Origin: Vitrella brassicaformis CCMP3155
Lineage: Eukaryota > Protista > Chromerida
Direction: 5' to 3'
Assembly (NCBI GenBank): GCA_001179505.1
Contig: CDMY01000320.1
Location: 1-64,000, forward strand
Length of the DNA: 64,000 bases
Shown in pieces: positions 25,257 to 38,080 of the stretch (positions are counted from its first letter, which is position 1; each line of letters begins with the position of its first letter). The notes below the pieces were generated by a model. That model searched no databases. It saw only the letters and a program-made list of their open reading frames with translations, and had not been told where the DNA came from. A program made the translations under genes and the position numbers.

Positions 25257-26890
25257 TCACTCCATCCGCTCCATGGGGCGTCCTGCCTGCCTACTTGCGT
25301 AATATTCCTCTCCCCCGCTTTTGGCGCCGTCGCTGCTCCTCCCGGACGCACCCGACAGTGTGATGACGCCCTCCTCCTTCGCTAGGGGGTAGGGGTCCTC
25401 CTCGTCGGGCACCACATAGGGGTCCGCCGACGGCCTGACACACACGTCGAAGGGGAGCGACACACATAAGGTCTGGAACGGTGTGTGTCCATGATGGGTA
25501 GCGCTGACCTCATTTGAGGCGAGTCGAGAACGGATGCCACCCGGAGTTTGGCGTAGAGATCCTGATGGGTTGGTGGGTGGCACGAGATGCTCACGTGGTG
25601 TGTCAATGGTGTGTGTGTTGTTGTGTACCGATCGTATTCTTTCAGGCGTCCTGGCGATGTGTCTGTGTCTTCTGACGAAGAGCGGCTCTATCTGTGCGCC
25701 GGCGATGGAGATGACGGGCACCCTCTCGGTGTCCGGAGGAGACACTGTCAGCTCCTGAGACCTGATCGACGTCCACACATCCAGTCGACATTGATACGCA
25801 CATTCGCCCACATGTGTGCGTCCGTAAGTATACGGACAGCAGTCACCTTGTGCTGTGTTGGGTGTGTGTGGTTTGCGTACTTAGAGAGCTGGCCGCCCCA
25901 CCGGTAGCCCACCAGGCCGACAATGATCACCAACTGTCCATGTGAGGCGGTATAAACACATGATATATCGATTCACCAGCCCTGTTGCGACTCTTTGTGT
26001 CCCCTCCCTCCCTCACCAGGCCGAGGAAGTCCGTCGCTCTCGGCTGCATCGCATCAGCACCCTGCACACACACACACACACACAGAGGAATGCTCCCATG
26101 TGCACATCAGGGCGGCCACGTGTGTGTTCACAGCTGACAGACCATGACGAAGGACGAGTAGAAGGCCATGGATGTGAGGGGCAGCCTCAGCGTAGCGATG
26201 AGGAAGGATATCGCAGCCGACCCGTGCTTGATGACCAGAATCGTGAACACATTGTAGAACACATTCGCCAGCAGATACGACGCTGTCGGGATCTGCACAG
26301 ATAACACACACTGCTCCTGGTCGGAATGTCTCTCTAATCCCTGTGTAGCTCACCCATGCAGTTGCGCAGGCGTCACAAGGTGGCTGGTGCAGCCCTCCGC
26401 ACTGTTCGGTGATCGTGTTGATGCCCACGAGGCACTTGGCGCCATTGGCAAAGGCGGCGGGGATCTGCACCCACTCGATGCGCTGCTCGCCCAGCATCGG
26501 GAGCGTGTTGATAGGCACCAGGAGGAAGCCGATCAGCAGCTGGAATGCAGCCACCCAGTACTGCAGCAGATTCACGTCCAAATCCACATCGCGGAAGGCC
26601 ACCTCTTTATACACAGACGAGAGGGCCGTCGGCTGTACCATCAAACACACACACGCGTGTTTCATGTCTATGTATGGGTGTTGGAGGGGGTGCGTACCAC
26701 CGACGCGAGAAAGAAAAGCAGGTTGAAGAAGAATTGGTCCTTGGGCGCTCCGGGATCTGGCGCCGCCATGAAGGACGGCAGCTTGGAGATCAACACGCCA
26801 GCGATGATCACCGTACTGCCCATGTACTGCATCCAGTGATACCTACACACACACGCACACACACACACACACACCCCGATATGAGTATAC

Positions 26891-26925
<35 letters not shown>

Positions 26926-27619
26926 CCTGACCTGATAGACAGCGCCAGCACGGTCGCGAGCAGGGTCACAGGTATGGTGGCCTGCTGCAGGATGACCTGA
27001 GTGGTGCCGCTGGTGTTGACCCCGCCCAGCACCATGCATATCCCCGCCAGGCTGTCGAACGCCCCCATGACGGCGAACCTTCTCCTCGGAAAGCTCTTCA
27101 TTTCTGGTGTGATGCCGCCTCTCATGTCGGTGTAGATGACCAGGGAGAGGAATATGGGGACGTAGATGACAGTCGTCAGCTGAGTGAGGAACCACCCGTA
27201 GTTGGGCATGCCGTTGGTCATCTTCTTGAAGAACACGCTGTTGCACACGCTCGATAACAGGAGGCCCAGCGAGTAGGCGGCCAGCAGGAGGGAGTCCTTC
27301 CTCAGAAAGGAGGAGCCCGTACGAAGCCCGAATCTGACAACAAGCAAACAAACACGCAAGCAAAACACACGTGACGCTCCTCCGTGTGTTTCTCAGTTTT
27401 TTCCTCTTCCCTTCCCTCCCGTCCTCTCTCTGTTAGTGCTTACATCCTTCTGGCTGATCTCCACCAGCGAGATTGGGACTGCGCCTGCGGCGAGGTGTCG
27501 TCGTGGTCATCGCTCTGGTGACCTTCTGTGGCTGGGGTTGATGACGATGTCGGCTCCAGAAGGGCCTCTTTGAGCTCGGGAGCCGACACGCCTTGACCAA
27601 GCCTCCTTTGGGACGGCAT
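25257..27619 (-). CDS. CRT: CRT/CLT-family (chloroquine resistance transporter-like, DMT superfamily) transporter
   Basis: Multi-TM exons: NSVFFKKMTNGMPNYGWFLTQL, FAVMGAFDSLAG, GTTQVILQQATIP, YHWMQYMGSTVIIAGV, ALSSVYKEVAF, LQYWVAAFQ and the Cys-rich loop KCLVGINTITEQC...CDAC. ATG at 27619. Confidence 0.88.
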
Positions 27620-27935
27620 TGCGAATTCCGGTCACTCTCTCGGCCACACCCAGATCTCCCCAGCACCCGGCACGCCCAGGAGAAGCAGCAAAGTTCACCT
27701 TTGGTGTGTCCTTTCAGCTAAGCGCAATTCGGAGCTCTAAGCTCGCGAGTATTGCGCGCTTATTCCCGACCGATGTCGCACCGTCGTGAGAGAGGAGAGG
27801 GCGGACGTGGATGCCTCTGTGGATAGAAGGACTCCCACACAACTGAATTTTTGCCACACGCCCTTGTCGCCGCCTCGTTTCGACCTGAGAATCTGAGAGT
27901 CGGCCTGAGGATGGCTCTGTGAGGGTGTTGTGGCC

Positions 27936-29000
27936 ATGCCGGCTGACCTGTCGAGTGCTGTGGAGGCAGTGGAGGGCTGCGAGCCGTCCTCGCGGCCTCG
28001 AGGCTGTTCCTTTTCGTCTGCTGTTAATGGGACACAGGCCACAGTCCGGTACGAGTATGTCTTCGTATACGGGACGGTGAGCCATCGCACACACGACACG
28101 ACACACACGACGGAAGACACCTCACTCATTTGTCTCTCTGCGTGTGTGTGTGTGTGTGTTTGTGTGGTCCCTCCCTCAGTTGAAGCGAGGGTTTCGTAAC
28201 CACTACAACATGGAGCGAGATGGGATAGAGTACGTGGCTGAGTGTGCGACGGCCCACCAGCTGCCGCTCTACCTCGACCACACCAACAGATACAGACCTT
28301 GCCTGGCCAACGTCAAGGGAATGGGACACCAGGCAAGTCACACACGCACACTCTCTCACTTGGCACACACTCTGCATCCATCTCTCCCTCCCTGTGTGTG
28401 TCGACATCAGGTGTGTGGTGAGCTCTATCGAGTGCATCGTCGGCTGATCCCCGAGCTGGATGACTTCGAGCGGGTGCCGACGCATTACCACCGTGAGTGT
28501 CTGCCGGTGACCACCGAGGAGGGCGAGCACTTGCACGCGCACGTCTACTTCAACAACACCGACAGAGCCAGGGAGGAGGAGCTCAGACGGGGGCACTTTG
28601 AGCTCATTCCCGACTACACATACTACCACCACAAGAAATACATACCACGAGCAGGTACGTGGGTCCGCACCCTTTGTCGATCAACCAACTCACACAGAGA
28701 GACAGAGAGAGACATCCACCGTCCCTTGCTCTTTCAGGCAACACGCGTGCGCTTGAGCTTGGCCCGCCCGATGCTGAGCACTTGGTGGCCTCTGCGCCCG
28801 ACAGCCCCGCCCCCTCCCGCTCCCCCTCCCCGGCACCACGCATCATCAGGCCGCTCGACGAGGACGTCAGGCACCGCTCCTTCGCACTCCGGAAGGCGAC
28901 TGTGGCAGCTGTGGCGTATCGACGGCCGCGCGTGTTGTCGGAGGAGCTGGAAAGCGCGAGGAGGACGCTGGCCAACTCTCAGCTCGAGATGGCCGCATGA
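27936..29000 (+). CDS. GGACT: Gamma-glutamylcyclotransferase, AIG2-like (GGACT/YtfP family), with C-terminal extension
   Basis: Spliced VFVYGT|LKRGFRNH signature, VCGELYRV, and LDDFE carrying the catalytic Glu position. Confidence 0.88.
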
Positions 29001-31774
29001 CTGATGACACACAATAGGGAGGGGGTGGGCGGGATGTGGGGGTCTGTTGCCTGGTGAGTTTTGCGTTTCTTTTTCAGTTCACTCGTGCGTGGGGGGTTGT
29101 GTCTGTCTGTGCGTGCTGTGTGTGTGGTGTGTGGGTGGGTGTTGTTTCGCCACTGGTGGGGCCCTTTTTTGGCGCATTAAGTGGCGGGACGCACTCATCT
29201 CACCCCTGTCTCTCCTTGCCTGCCGCTGAGCGGCTTCCTGCTGCTTGTACTTGTTGCGACTCTCTTCTGTATCTTGTCCCGCTTCACTTGCTTTCAGTGA
29301 AACGGGACCTGATGCAGGGAAGAGACCCAATCACGAGCAGGCGAAGTCGCTGGCAGCAGCTTCTCACAGAGACCTTGTGCCTGTCTGCCTTGCTGATGGC
29401 GTGCGTGTTTGCCTCGACTGTTTGACTGACTGACTGACTAAATCTCTTGCTGACTGAATCTCTTGCTGACTGGATGTTTCCGATGTTTCTCTTCTCTGCG
29501 GCCGCTACCCACATGGTATTGTGGTGGCTCGGAAGGATGGATGGTGAGTGTGGGTGGGTGGTGAGAGGGGAGAGAGAGCCGAGGATTGGTGGACAGACAA
29601 CGTTTTTGCCGGCGAATGAGTGAGTCCATTCGATCATTGCATTGCAACGCAGACACCAAGGGCGAGTAATCGGGTAACGTATGGGCATCGAGTACGTACG
29701 TACGTGTACGAGTGTAATGCTTACTGCTGCTACTGCGCCACGGGATCGATTGTTTTGAAGACAGACCAGACGACATCAGTCGGTGGTGGGCCTTCGTTGC
29801 CTCCCTGCTTGTCTCTTCTCTCTCTCTTTGTTGTTGTGTGTGCCTGTGGGTGTGAATTCGTGATGATGAAACCTGAAACCTACTGGTTGATCAATCCAGA
29901 GTATCCTTGTGATGCAGATCTGATTGAACTATTCCGGAGAAGGCCCCAGTCGAGGTCGAGGGCATCACGAGGGCGCACCCGTCCGATGTGATGCCCTCTT
30001 GCTCGACTGTGGCCTTCTCAGCAATGTGGTCGATCAGATCTGCATCGTACAGTTGTCTTGCCTCTTGCCTGCCTGCCTGGTACAGTATGTGCGTACATCG
30101 ACCCTCATACTCATGATATATTGGATGTGTGTGCTTATGCTGTGTGTACAGTCCGTCTGTCGATCAGTCAGCCCACTGTCACCATATCCATCCGTCGCAT
30201 ACACACACGCACACACACCACACACACCATTCATTCATTCATCCGTCCACAGTGTGCATCCATCTCAGAAATGGGAGGTCAGTTGGGTGTCCGTTTTGCG
30301 GTGGTGATGTGTATTTCTGCCTCTGTTGCGTCGTCCGCTGGCTGAGCTCAGTCGCTTGGCTCCGTATGACGGGACCGCGGCAGACCAACACATCACACAC
30401 ATGCACACGGCGGTTGTATGACACTCACAAGAGGCCAGTCGAGTCGTGATATCTTTTTGCTTGCTAGGTGCCTTCTTCGCTTATGGCATTGATACACGAG
30501 TGAGCCGTGTTGGTTCGGGCCGGGCCCCTCTCATACAGAGGACCTCCCGCCCGTATCCGTGTCCATGCGGGCAGAGCAGCGATGGAAAGAAACGGACTGA
30601 GTGCGGTACATGGTATACGACCATTGCGTAAAGGTGATGTTTCAACACTCGGTGTGGATGGATGCGTGTCGATGGGATTGGGCTCACTTCTCGATGGCGG
30701 ATTGGCGTTCTGTCTGCATTGGATTGTGTGAACGGCTGGCTGTGTCGCGGCGGTGTGTTGTCTGTCATAGGGTGCCTTCATCCGGCTGTCACGGTCGCTG
30801 GTTCGGCCGTGGTAGGCAGGTGAGGGCACGCATGCCGGACAGACAGGCGCGCGATAGGCTGGCCACATGCATGGATCGACCTTTGTCTGTATTGGTGTTG
30901 CGACATCGATGGTACACTTACACACATATCGGCGGCGCGAGTGAAGATGGGATAAAATCGCTCCCATATGGGACACCCATATAAGACCGGCAAAGATCTT
31001 CAATTGTTCATTTCGGCTCAGCAGTTCGCGGCTTGGTTTCGCTTTCTCGACAACGGAGACGGAGACAAAAATCGAAAAAGAAGATTGGAAAAAAGAGAAA
31101 AAAGCTGCCCTCGCCTCTCCTTGGTTTCTTCGCCTCCTTGGCCGAGCGCCTCTCGCGCCGCCGCTTGCCAGCTGGTCGCCTTGCCAGCGGGACCGTCCCC
31201 AACACAACCAATGCACTTCTCATACCGCCCGCTCGGCACGAGCCACACGTAAGCAGTCCTGACAGCCAACAATGTCATGCCTTTTCCTGTATTCTTCATA
31301 TGTGTGTGTGTTGCTTTCGTGGTGTGATTGTGGCAGAGGAGGCCGAAGAGACACAAGAAGCGGACCAGAGGTCACTCCTGCCCCTTCCCACACCGCATTC
31401 TTCCCCTCACAGGTGCGTGCGTACATACGTACGTCAGGAAGAAGGTGACAGTGACCGACCGACCTTTGTGTGACCGATGTTTTTGTCCTGCTCGTTCGTG
31501 TCTGTCAGGTGCGTGTCGCCCCCCCGGTGGAGCCTGCGGCCACTCTCAGCACCACCATCCACCCCCGCCACGAAGGTCAGACAGGCACGGGACACACATA
31601 GGCACGCGCCTGGCTCACCGACATCCATCCATCCATCCATCCATCCATCCGTGTCTGTCTGTCTGTCTATCTGTGTTTGTGTATGCGTGTGTGCAGGGTT
31701 ATCTGCACAAGAGGCGCAGGCAGCTGACGGAGAGGGCCCGCCACGAGCGTGAGAAGCGGGACAAGGAGGCGCAA

Positions 31775-32974
31775 GAGGCCCTCAGGAAGATCATTGAAGA
31801 GGAGATTAGAAATGTATGCGGCATACACATGAATGAATGACGCACGCCACCGACCCTCCCTGCCTTATGCATCCGTCTCTTTGTGTGTGTTGTGGTTCGG
31901 CTCTTCCCCTACCGGGCCCCTCTCCCAGCAGAGCTCACCTGCCCAACCGCCGCCCGCTGCGGCCGCTGCTGCTGCTGCTGCTGCGGCCTCTCCTGTGGGC
32001 CAAGAGCCATCGGTGCAGCCCCAGCCGCTCTTCACCACGAGTCCTGCCCCCACTCCCACTCGTCCCACTGGGAGCATCGGAGGGGCTCGTACACTCAGGT
32101 GGGCTAGTGGGGGGCAAGGCGGCCAAGCCCAAATTTCCACCCGACCAGAAGGGCTCCATGCTTCGCCGGGCGAGGGAGGAGCAAGCTGCTGCCGCGAAGG
32201 CGGCCTCTGCGGCTGGTGCAGGCGGCGACAAGGGAGACGGTAAGCAGGGGAGTGTCGGCGAGGGCGAGGCGCCCAAGGTCAGCCGCGCTGACGAGCAGAC
32301 CGGGGTGGGCAAGTGCGAGGCCGAGGGTGAGGGCTTGGAGGCCGCCAAAGACGCCAAGAAGAAGGGGCGGAACAACAAGACCAAGACGGACACCACTGGT
32401 GCTGACGGCGGTGGCGGTGGTGGTGGTGCGAGTGCGGCGGGTGTGGCGGCCTCGAGCACTTCACCGACCACTCCATCGATCCCGCCCAAGCAGGACGCCT
32501 CCCAGCCAAGAGGAGGTTGAGGCCCTCAGGAAGATCATCCAAGAGGAGATTAGAAAGGTACGCGACATACGAAAGAATGCAGACGCCACCGACCCTGTCC
32601 TATGCATCCGTCTCTTTGTGTGTGTTGTGGTGTGGTGGCTTTTCAAACAGGCTGACAAGAGTCGGCAGAGGCCCCCGCTGCTGAGCACGTCGCACACCGA
32701 CCCGCACCTGGCCTCCCCCACACCCCACGCACCGACGACGACCGCCCCGCTCCACCCACACCCACCTTCGGCTCTTCCCCTACCGGGCCCCTCTCCCAGC
32801 AGAGCTCACCTGCCCAACCGCCGCCCGCTGCGGCCGCTGCTGCTGCTGCGGCCTCTTGTGTGGGCCAACAGCCATCGGTGCAGCCCCAGCCGCTCTTCAC
32901 CACGAGTCCTCCCATCCACTCGTCCCACTGGAAGCATCGGAGGGGCTCGTACACTCAGGTGGGCCAGTGGGGGG
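31775..32974 (+). repeat. Diverged tandem duplication (31775-32114 vs 32519-32974) in a low-complexity coding-like region
   Basis: Both copies start GAGGCCCTCAGGAAGATCAT (EALRKII.EEIR) and share an intron start and a Pro/Ala-rich block. Copy 1 lacks about 130 bp that includes the splice acceptor. Confidence 0.9.
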
Positions 32975-33336
32975 TCACGGATCGCATTCAGTGTGACCGC
33001 TACCTCAACTCCCATCACCAACACCTCGTCCGCAACATCAGGATGGTGCGCACCAGATACAAAACGACACGCACCATACCACAGACACGTGCATATGCAT
33101 GTGTATGTGTGTGCACCTACCCATCTGTCAGCGGACCTATACCCAATTTCTGGAGCACCACGTCTCGGTCACGGTCACCCGCATGGCGTCGACCTTCGGG
33201 GTGTCTGCTGATTTCATTGAAGGGTAAATACTCACACTCAGCATACAACGCTACGCAAGACACAAACACACAAACAATCACACACAAACACACAAACAAT
33301 TCTATTGATGTGTGTGTTGGTGTCTTTGTGTGTCAG

Positions 33337-33700
33337 TGACCTGGATGGCCTCATTCGCTCGGGCGACATAAGTGCCGCCATCAACAAGGAAGAGGGCGCC
33401 GTCAACTTCAAGTTCACTGACCCAGCCGGCAGCCAGGTAATGGCAGCAGAGAGGGATGGGGGACGCCAGGATCTATTCGACTGCGTGTCTGGTGTGGTGC
33501 ATGGTGCAGCAGCACACCACACCACACCAGACACCCTGGGGAACGACCAGCTGGAATATGAGCACCTAGAGGTGGAGACGCCCAAAGAGAGAGCTTCGAA
33601 TGAACTCGTGCGACATCGACCGACAGTCGGCAGCTGCATGTCGTCAGCACACGGGCTGGTCAATCTCGGCAATACCTGCTACATGCAAGCCAACTCTCAT
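33337..33700 (+). pseudogene. Mosaic of gene fragments: PCI-domain C-terminal exon (CSN3-like) followed by a USP Cys-box motif
   Basis: Exon DLDGLIRSGDISAAINKEEGAVNF, and about 250 bp downstream GLVNLGNTCYM. No other USP or PCI parts found nearby. Confidence 0.5.
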
Positions 33701-34244
33701 GCTGCCGTCGGATGGGCGCACACACATATATGCATTTTTCTACCTGTAGGGTAGCCGACAGGCCCGAATATGTAGAGCTGACCGACCTGCCAAACGAAGC
33801 CATCGCCGAGGCCAGCCAGGTGGGCATGGCCGATTTGGACACGCACACATGCGTATTTCTGTATGGGTTGTCAGCGACAGATGGTGGCGGCATGAGAAGA
33901 GCAGGGGCGGCTTGGTGGTGTTGGCTCAATCCATCGCTGCTTACATTTTATATTTCGCAGTCGGTGTCTTTGCAGTCTTTCGCCATGCAGTATTTCCTGA
34001 CTAACGAATGGTGTGGTTACCAATGCAATGCACGTATGTATCATTGAACCGCCCGCGCACTCTTTTACCAAATCGATCTGTGTGTCTCACGTCACGGCAG
34101 AGGATAGCCCTCGCGATTAGAGTACAGCGCCTCTCACAGACAAATCCATCCATCCGGCAAATCCATCATCCATCGACACCGACACCATGCTGCAGCACCT
34201 CTATCTCTGTCTTTGCCGTCTCCTCCCTCCGCTCCATCTATCGG

Positions 34245-36517
34245 TCATTTGGTGACCTTGTAGGCCTTGATGGTCGCCAGCAGCTTCTTGGCATGCGGGT
34301 CATCCTGACACACACATCAAGATCCGCATCAGCACACCATTGGCGTCAGCCCATCAAAGACGGGCTACCTGGAAGTGCCGCCTGACGGGCTCGAGCATCT
34401 CGTTGATGTAACGGGACAGATTTGGCTTGACGTCACCGGGGTGCAGACGGCCACTCTGACACACACCGTACACACACACACATGATCGACGTGCAAGTGC
34501 TTGTGTCTGCTCGTGTCACCAGGTAGTCTTCGGAGCACTGAGCGAAAGACGTATAGGTGATGGGCCCGCCGTCCTGGTCGCGGCGGTCGACGCGAAACTC
34601 GCCGTACATGGGGAAGACCATGTGCTCAATGTACGACATGCACGGGTTGCCCTCCAACACCTACACACACATACCCACACATATACACATCCATCCATCC
34701 ATCCATCCACACACGCATATGCCGACTGTCCATCGTACCTGGGGTGGGCAGAAGGCCTTTTTGATCTTTCTGTTGACGTCGGCCGACAGGTCCTCCATGA
34801 AGATGGCCGAGTCGGGATCAGACTTGGACATCTTCTCCTGGCCCTCCAGCAACCCTACACGCACACACGGCAACGCACCAGGGGTCCGATCCGACAGACC
34901 GCATGAGGCGGCTAAGTGAGTGGTTGACGGACCTGGCAGCATGCCGTGTGAGAGTATGATGGGTTTGTGTTTCATCTTGAGCTCGTCGCAGTACTCCCTT
35001 GCCAGCATGTTGACCTTTCGCTGGTCGAGGCCCAGCTGACATATGTCCGCCTTCAGCTCAAAGATGTCCGAACACTGACACACACACACAGACGGACAGA
35101 CAGACGGGGAATAGCAGGCGGGATGGACCGCATGCCTGTGCCCGCGCGTGTGAGAGAGTACCTGCATGCATGGGTACATGATTTGTGCGGACGGCTGGTC
35201 GTCGCCCTCACCGCGGCCCATGATCTGACCGCAGCGCTTGATCCTGCACACACACAGATACACACAGACAGTCCACTTCCGACATGTCATGTGGCGTGTG
35301 CGGCGGTTTGTGAAGGTGACCGTGTGATGTTGAATTTCCTGGCGATGTCCATTACGCGCATCCAGTACTGATTGGAGTTCTTGTTGATCTCATCTGACGC
35401 CCACAGAAACCTGCAAGCCGCCAGGGGGCACAATCACACACACGGCTCGCTCCCTCTTTGCTGTTTGGCTGACCTGACGTTGGTCATGTCCATGCCGGCG
35501 GCCTTCCACACCTCAATAAAGTACTCGCCCGTCTTGCGAATCTGACCATCACACACACACACACAGACACATATACACAGGTATGCCATCGATCTCGCAC
35601 TCATTGTTGGTTGACCTTGTTGATGTCACCGCCGAGTTTGTTGTTGAGCATAGCGAACCAGTCGGCCACCCAGAATACAAACACACAGCCGCACTTGGTG
35701 AGTTTGTTGACATTGATGGCCTTGAGGATCCCCTGCGCTATGTGCATCCGACCCGACGGCTCAAACCCGTCATAGCAAATCGGGTGGGCCTTCTTCTCTA
35801 ACAATGCCCGCAACTCCTGAACACAGCACAAGGTTGATCTTCTTCCCTTGGCCACACAGTGCTGTGTGTAAGCCATGCAACCTTGTGCTGTGCTGTGTGG
35901 TGGCTTACGTCTTCCTGAATGCATTCGGCGCCGACGGACCGGCAGAGTGCAAAGCGCTCGTCGAGTGAGAGGGTCGAGGGCACTGGGGCAGGCCACCGCA
36001 CATCCGAACCTATCACCGCCCTGGTCGAACATCCCTCGGACACACCGTCGGCACACGCCGCCTGCAAACAGACAGACAGACAGAAATGGACGCAGTAGTT
36101 CGCCTGTGTGTTGTGTGCGGATCGTACCCCGTTGACAGCTACTGGTGCAGATGGTGGTGACTCGGTGGCTGCCGTCTTTGGCATCTCTTTGGACGCCCTC
36201 TTGGCGCTATCTGGCGCAGCTGCAGACGGCTCGGTCGCCTGACACCCACAGCCATCACACAGCTGACACCAAAGTGACGATGTCCTCCTCTCTCTCACCT
36301 TGGCAGCCATGAGATCTCGCCGCATCTTCTCGACAGCAACCGCGGCGCCCGTGTCGTTGGGCTGATCTGCGCCCTCCCATCCGCCGAGGCCGCCGTGCAG
36401 AGGAGATGTCATCGCTGACTGATGGACAGATGCGACTCGTCGAAGACTGCAGACAGGCTGGGCCACAGATGCCAACTGAGCTCCTGTCAATGCACAGCGA
36501 TGCAGCCGCAGGCGCAT
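34245..36517 (-). CDS. YARS: Tyrosyl-tRNA synthetase (eukaryotic cytosolic type) with N-terminal extension
   Basis: YDGFEPSGRMHIAQG (HIGH-like), ADWFAMLNNKLGGD, YPCMQCSDIF, QLGLDQRKVNMLAREY and KMSKSDPDSAIFMED. Stop at 34245-34247. Start at ATG 36517 or 36412. Confidence 0.95.
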
Positions 36518-36601
36518 ACACAGCGGACAAATTGCGAGCTTAGATCGCAGCGCAAGCTCAGATGAGAAGAGGACTCCTGGAAGAGGACTGGCGCTGGCGC
36601 G

Positions 36602-37464
36602 ATGCCTGTTGGTCGGAACCACAAGGGCATCCCTCCCAAGGTGTGTGTCATCTGCCAGCGCCCCTTCACCTGGCGCAAGAAATGGGAGAGGTACGCTCAG
36701 CTGACAAACCAAGCCGAGGATGCCTGCCGTGTGTGCAGCATCTCGGCATTGTTGTCATGTGCAGGTGTTGGGATGAGATTCAGACGTGCTCTGACCGGTG
36801 TCGCAATCAACGGAAGGCACAGCAGAGAACCGACGCCAGAGCCGCCGATGCGCCACACGAGCACGACCACACGCATCCACCAGAAAGCACTGCCGACAGC
36901 CCCCCATCGGCCCCCTCCGTGGCTGCGAACGAGCATCCTGCAGACGATGAGCCACACGCGCTGACCGAGGGCCTCTCTGCGCTGCGGATCACTCCCACAG
37001 ACGCCGCCAGCGGAGATCAGCAATCGCCGCCGTCGAGTGACGCGCCGGCAGCTGAGGAGCGATGCCGTCCGATGCCCCACAAGGGCCGGAAGGGCGGCGC
37101 TCACGACGACAGGACGCGGGAGTGCCGTGTGTGCGGCCAAGGGAAGAAGATTCTCTTCCGCTGCAAATGGCGGAAGGAACAAAGGCAGTGGGACTTCGGT
37201 GAGCAGCGACACAACACAGCAGAGAGACAGGGAGGGAGGGAGGGAGAGGGTAAGGAGTGCACTCGTCATTGTCTGTCTTTCTGTGTGTGTATGTGTGTGT
37301 GTGCAGTGTGTCGTGTGTGTTGGCCGTCAGTGTCTGGTGCCGAGAGCTCTCGACACGCGACGCTCGGCAGCGACGGCATGGCCCTCATCCCAAACACACA
37401 CTACCGATACGGCGGTGCGCACACCACACAGACACACACACAGAGATCGACCCCCCCACACACA

Positions 37465-37498
<34 letters not shown>

Positions 37499-37547
37499 CG
37501 CAGGTACCTGGAAGGCCGTGATTGGCGATGTTCCTCAAGACGACTGA
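36602..37547 (+). CDS. DUF2256-family zinc-ribbon protein with a second Cys-rich domain (copy A, intact)
   Basis: [33 protein letters not shown] matches DUF2256. C-terminal CRVC...LFRC...WDFVCRVCW...YRYGGTWK. Four exons in phase. Confidence 0.85.
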
Positions 37548-37690
37548 CCGGCCGGGTGGCGTCTTGGCTGCTGTCTGGGGCGAAGCCCCGGCGGCCAGTG
37601 GATGAGTGTGTGCAGAGAGATGTCATGTTGATGTGTCGATAACTGGCGGGTCCGGGTGTGTGGATGAATGGACGTCCGTTGATATATATA
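36612..37690. repeat. Left arm of a ~1.1 kb inverted duplication (right arm ~45362-46445)
   Basis: Near-identical reverse-complement sequence covering exons, introns and 3' flank. Confidence 0.95.
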
Positions 37691-38080
37691 AGACTGAGCG
37701 GCTGGCGCTGTGGTTCGTTGGTTCGATCGCAGAGATCGGTCGACTCTTCGAGGCCGACGTAGAGGAGGGGGGCTTTGACGCGGAGGGGACGCTCAAAGCC
37801 CCCCTTGTTGCTCAGCCTCAAAGAAGCGGGCGATCTCAGTGATCATGTGAGCCAACCGTTAAGGACACAGACAGACAGACAGACAGACAGACAGAGGGGG
37901 TCGGCGGGTTCGTTTGCCGTGTCCTTAAGCCACATGCCTTCCACGTGCGGTCTGTGATCCTGGCGACTGGATCAGACCGAGACGTGGGGTGGGGGTGGCT
38001 CGAGGGCATTGCCGGCGGAAGCACCGCAGTGATGCACTCCAGTCACCACTGTTGTTGTCTTGTTTTGTTGATGTGAGTGC

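Noticed and set aside
29036-31300. Scattered short ORFs and possible splice sites
   Set aside because: No coherent exon chain or recognisable protein could be assembled.
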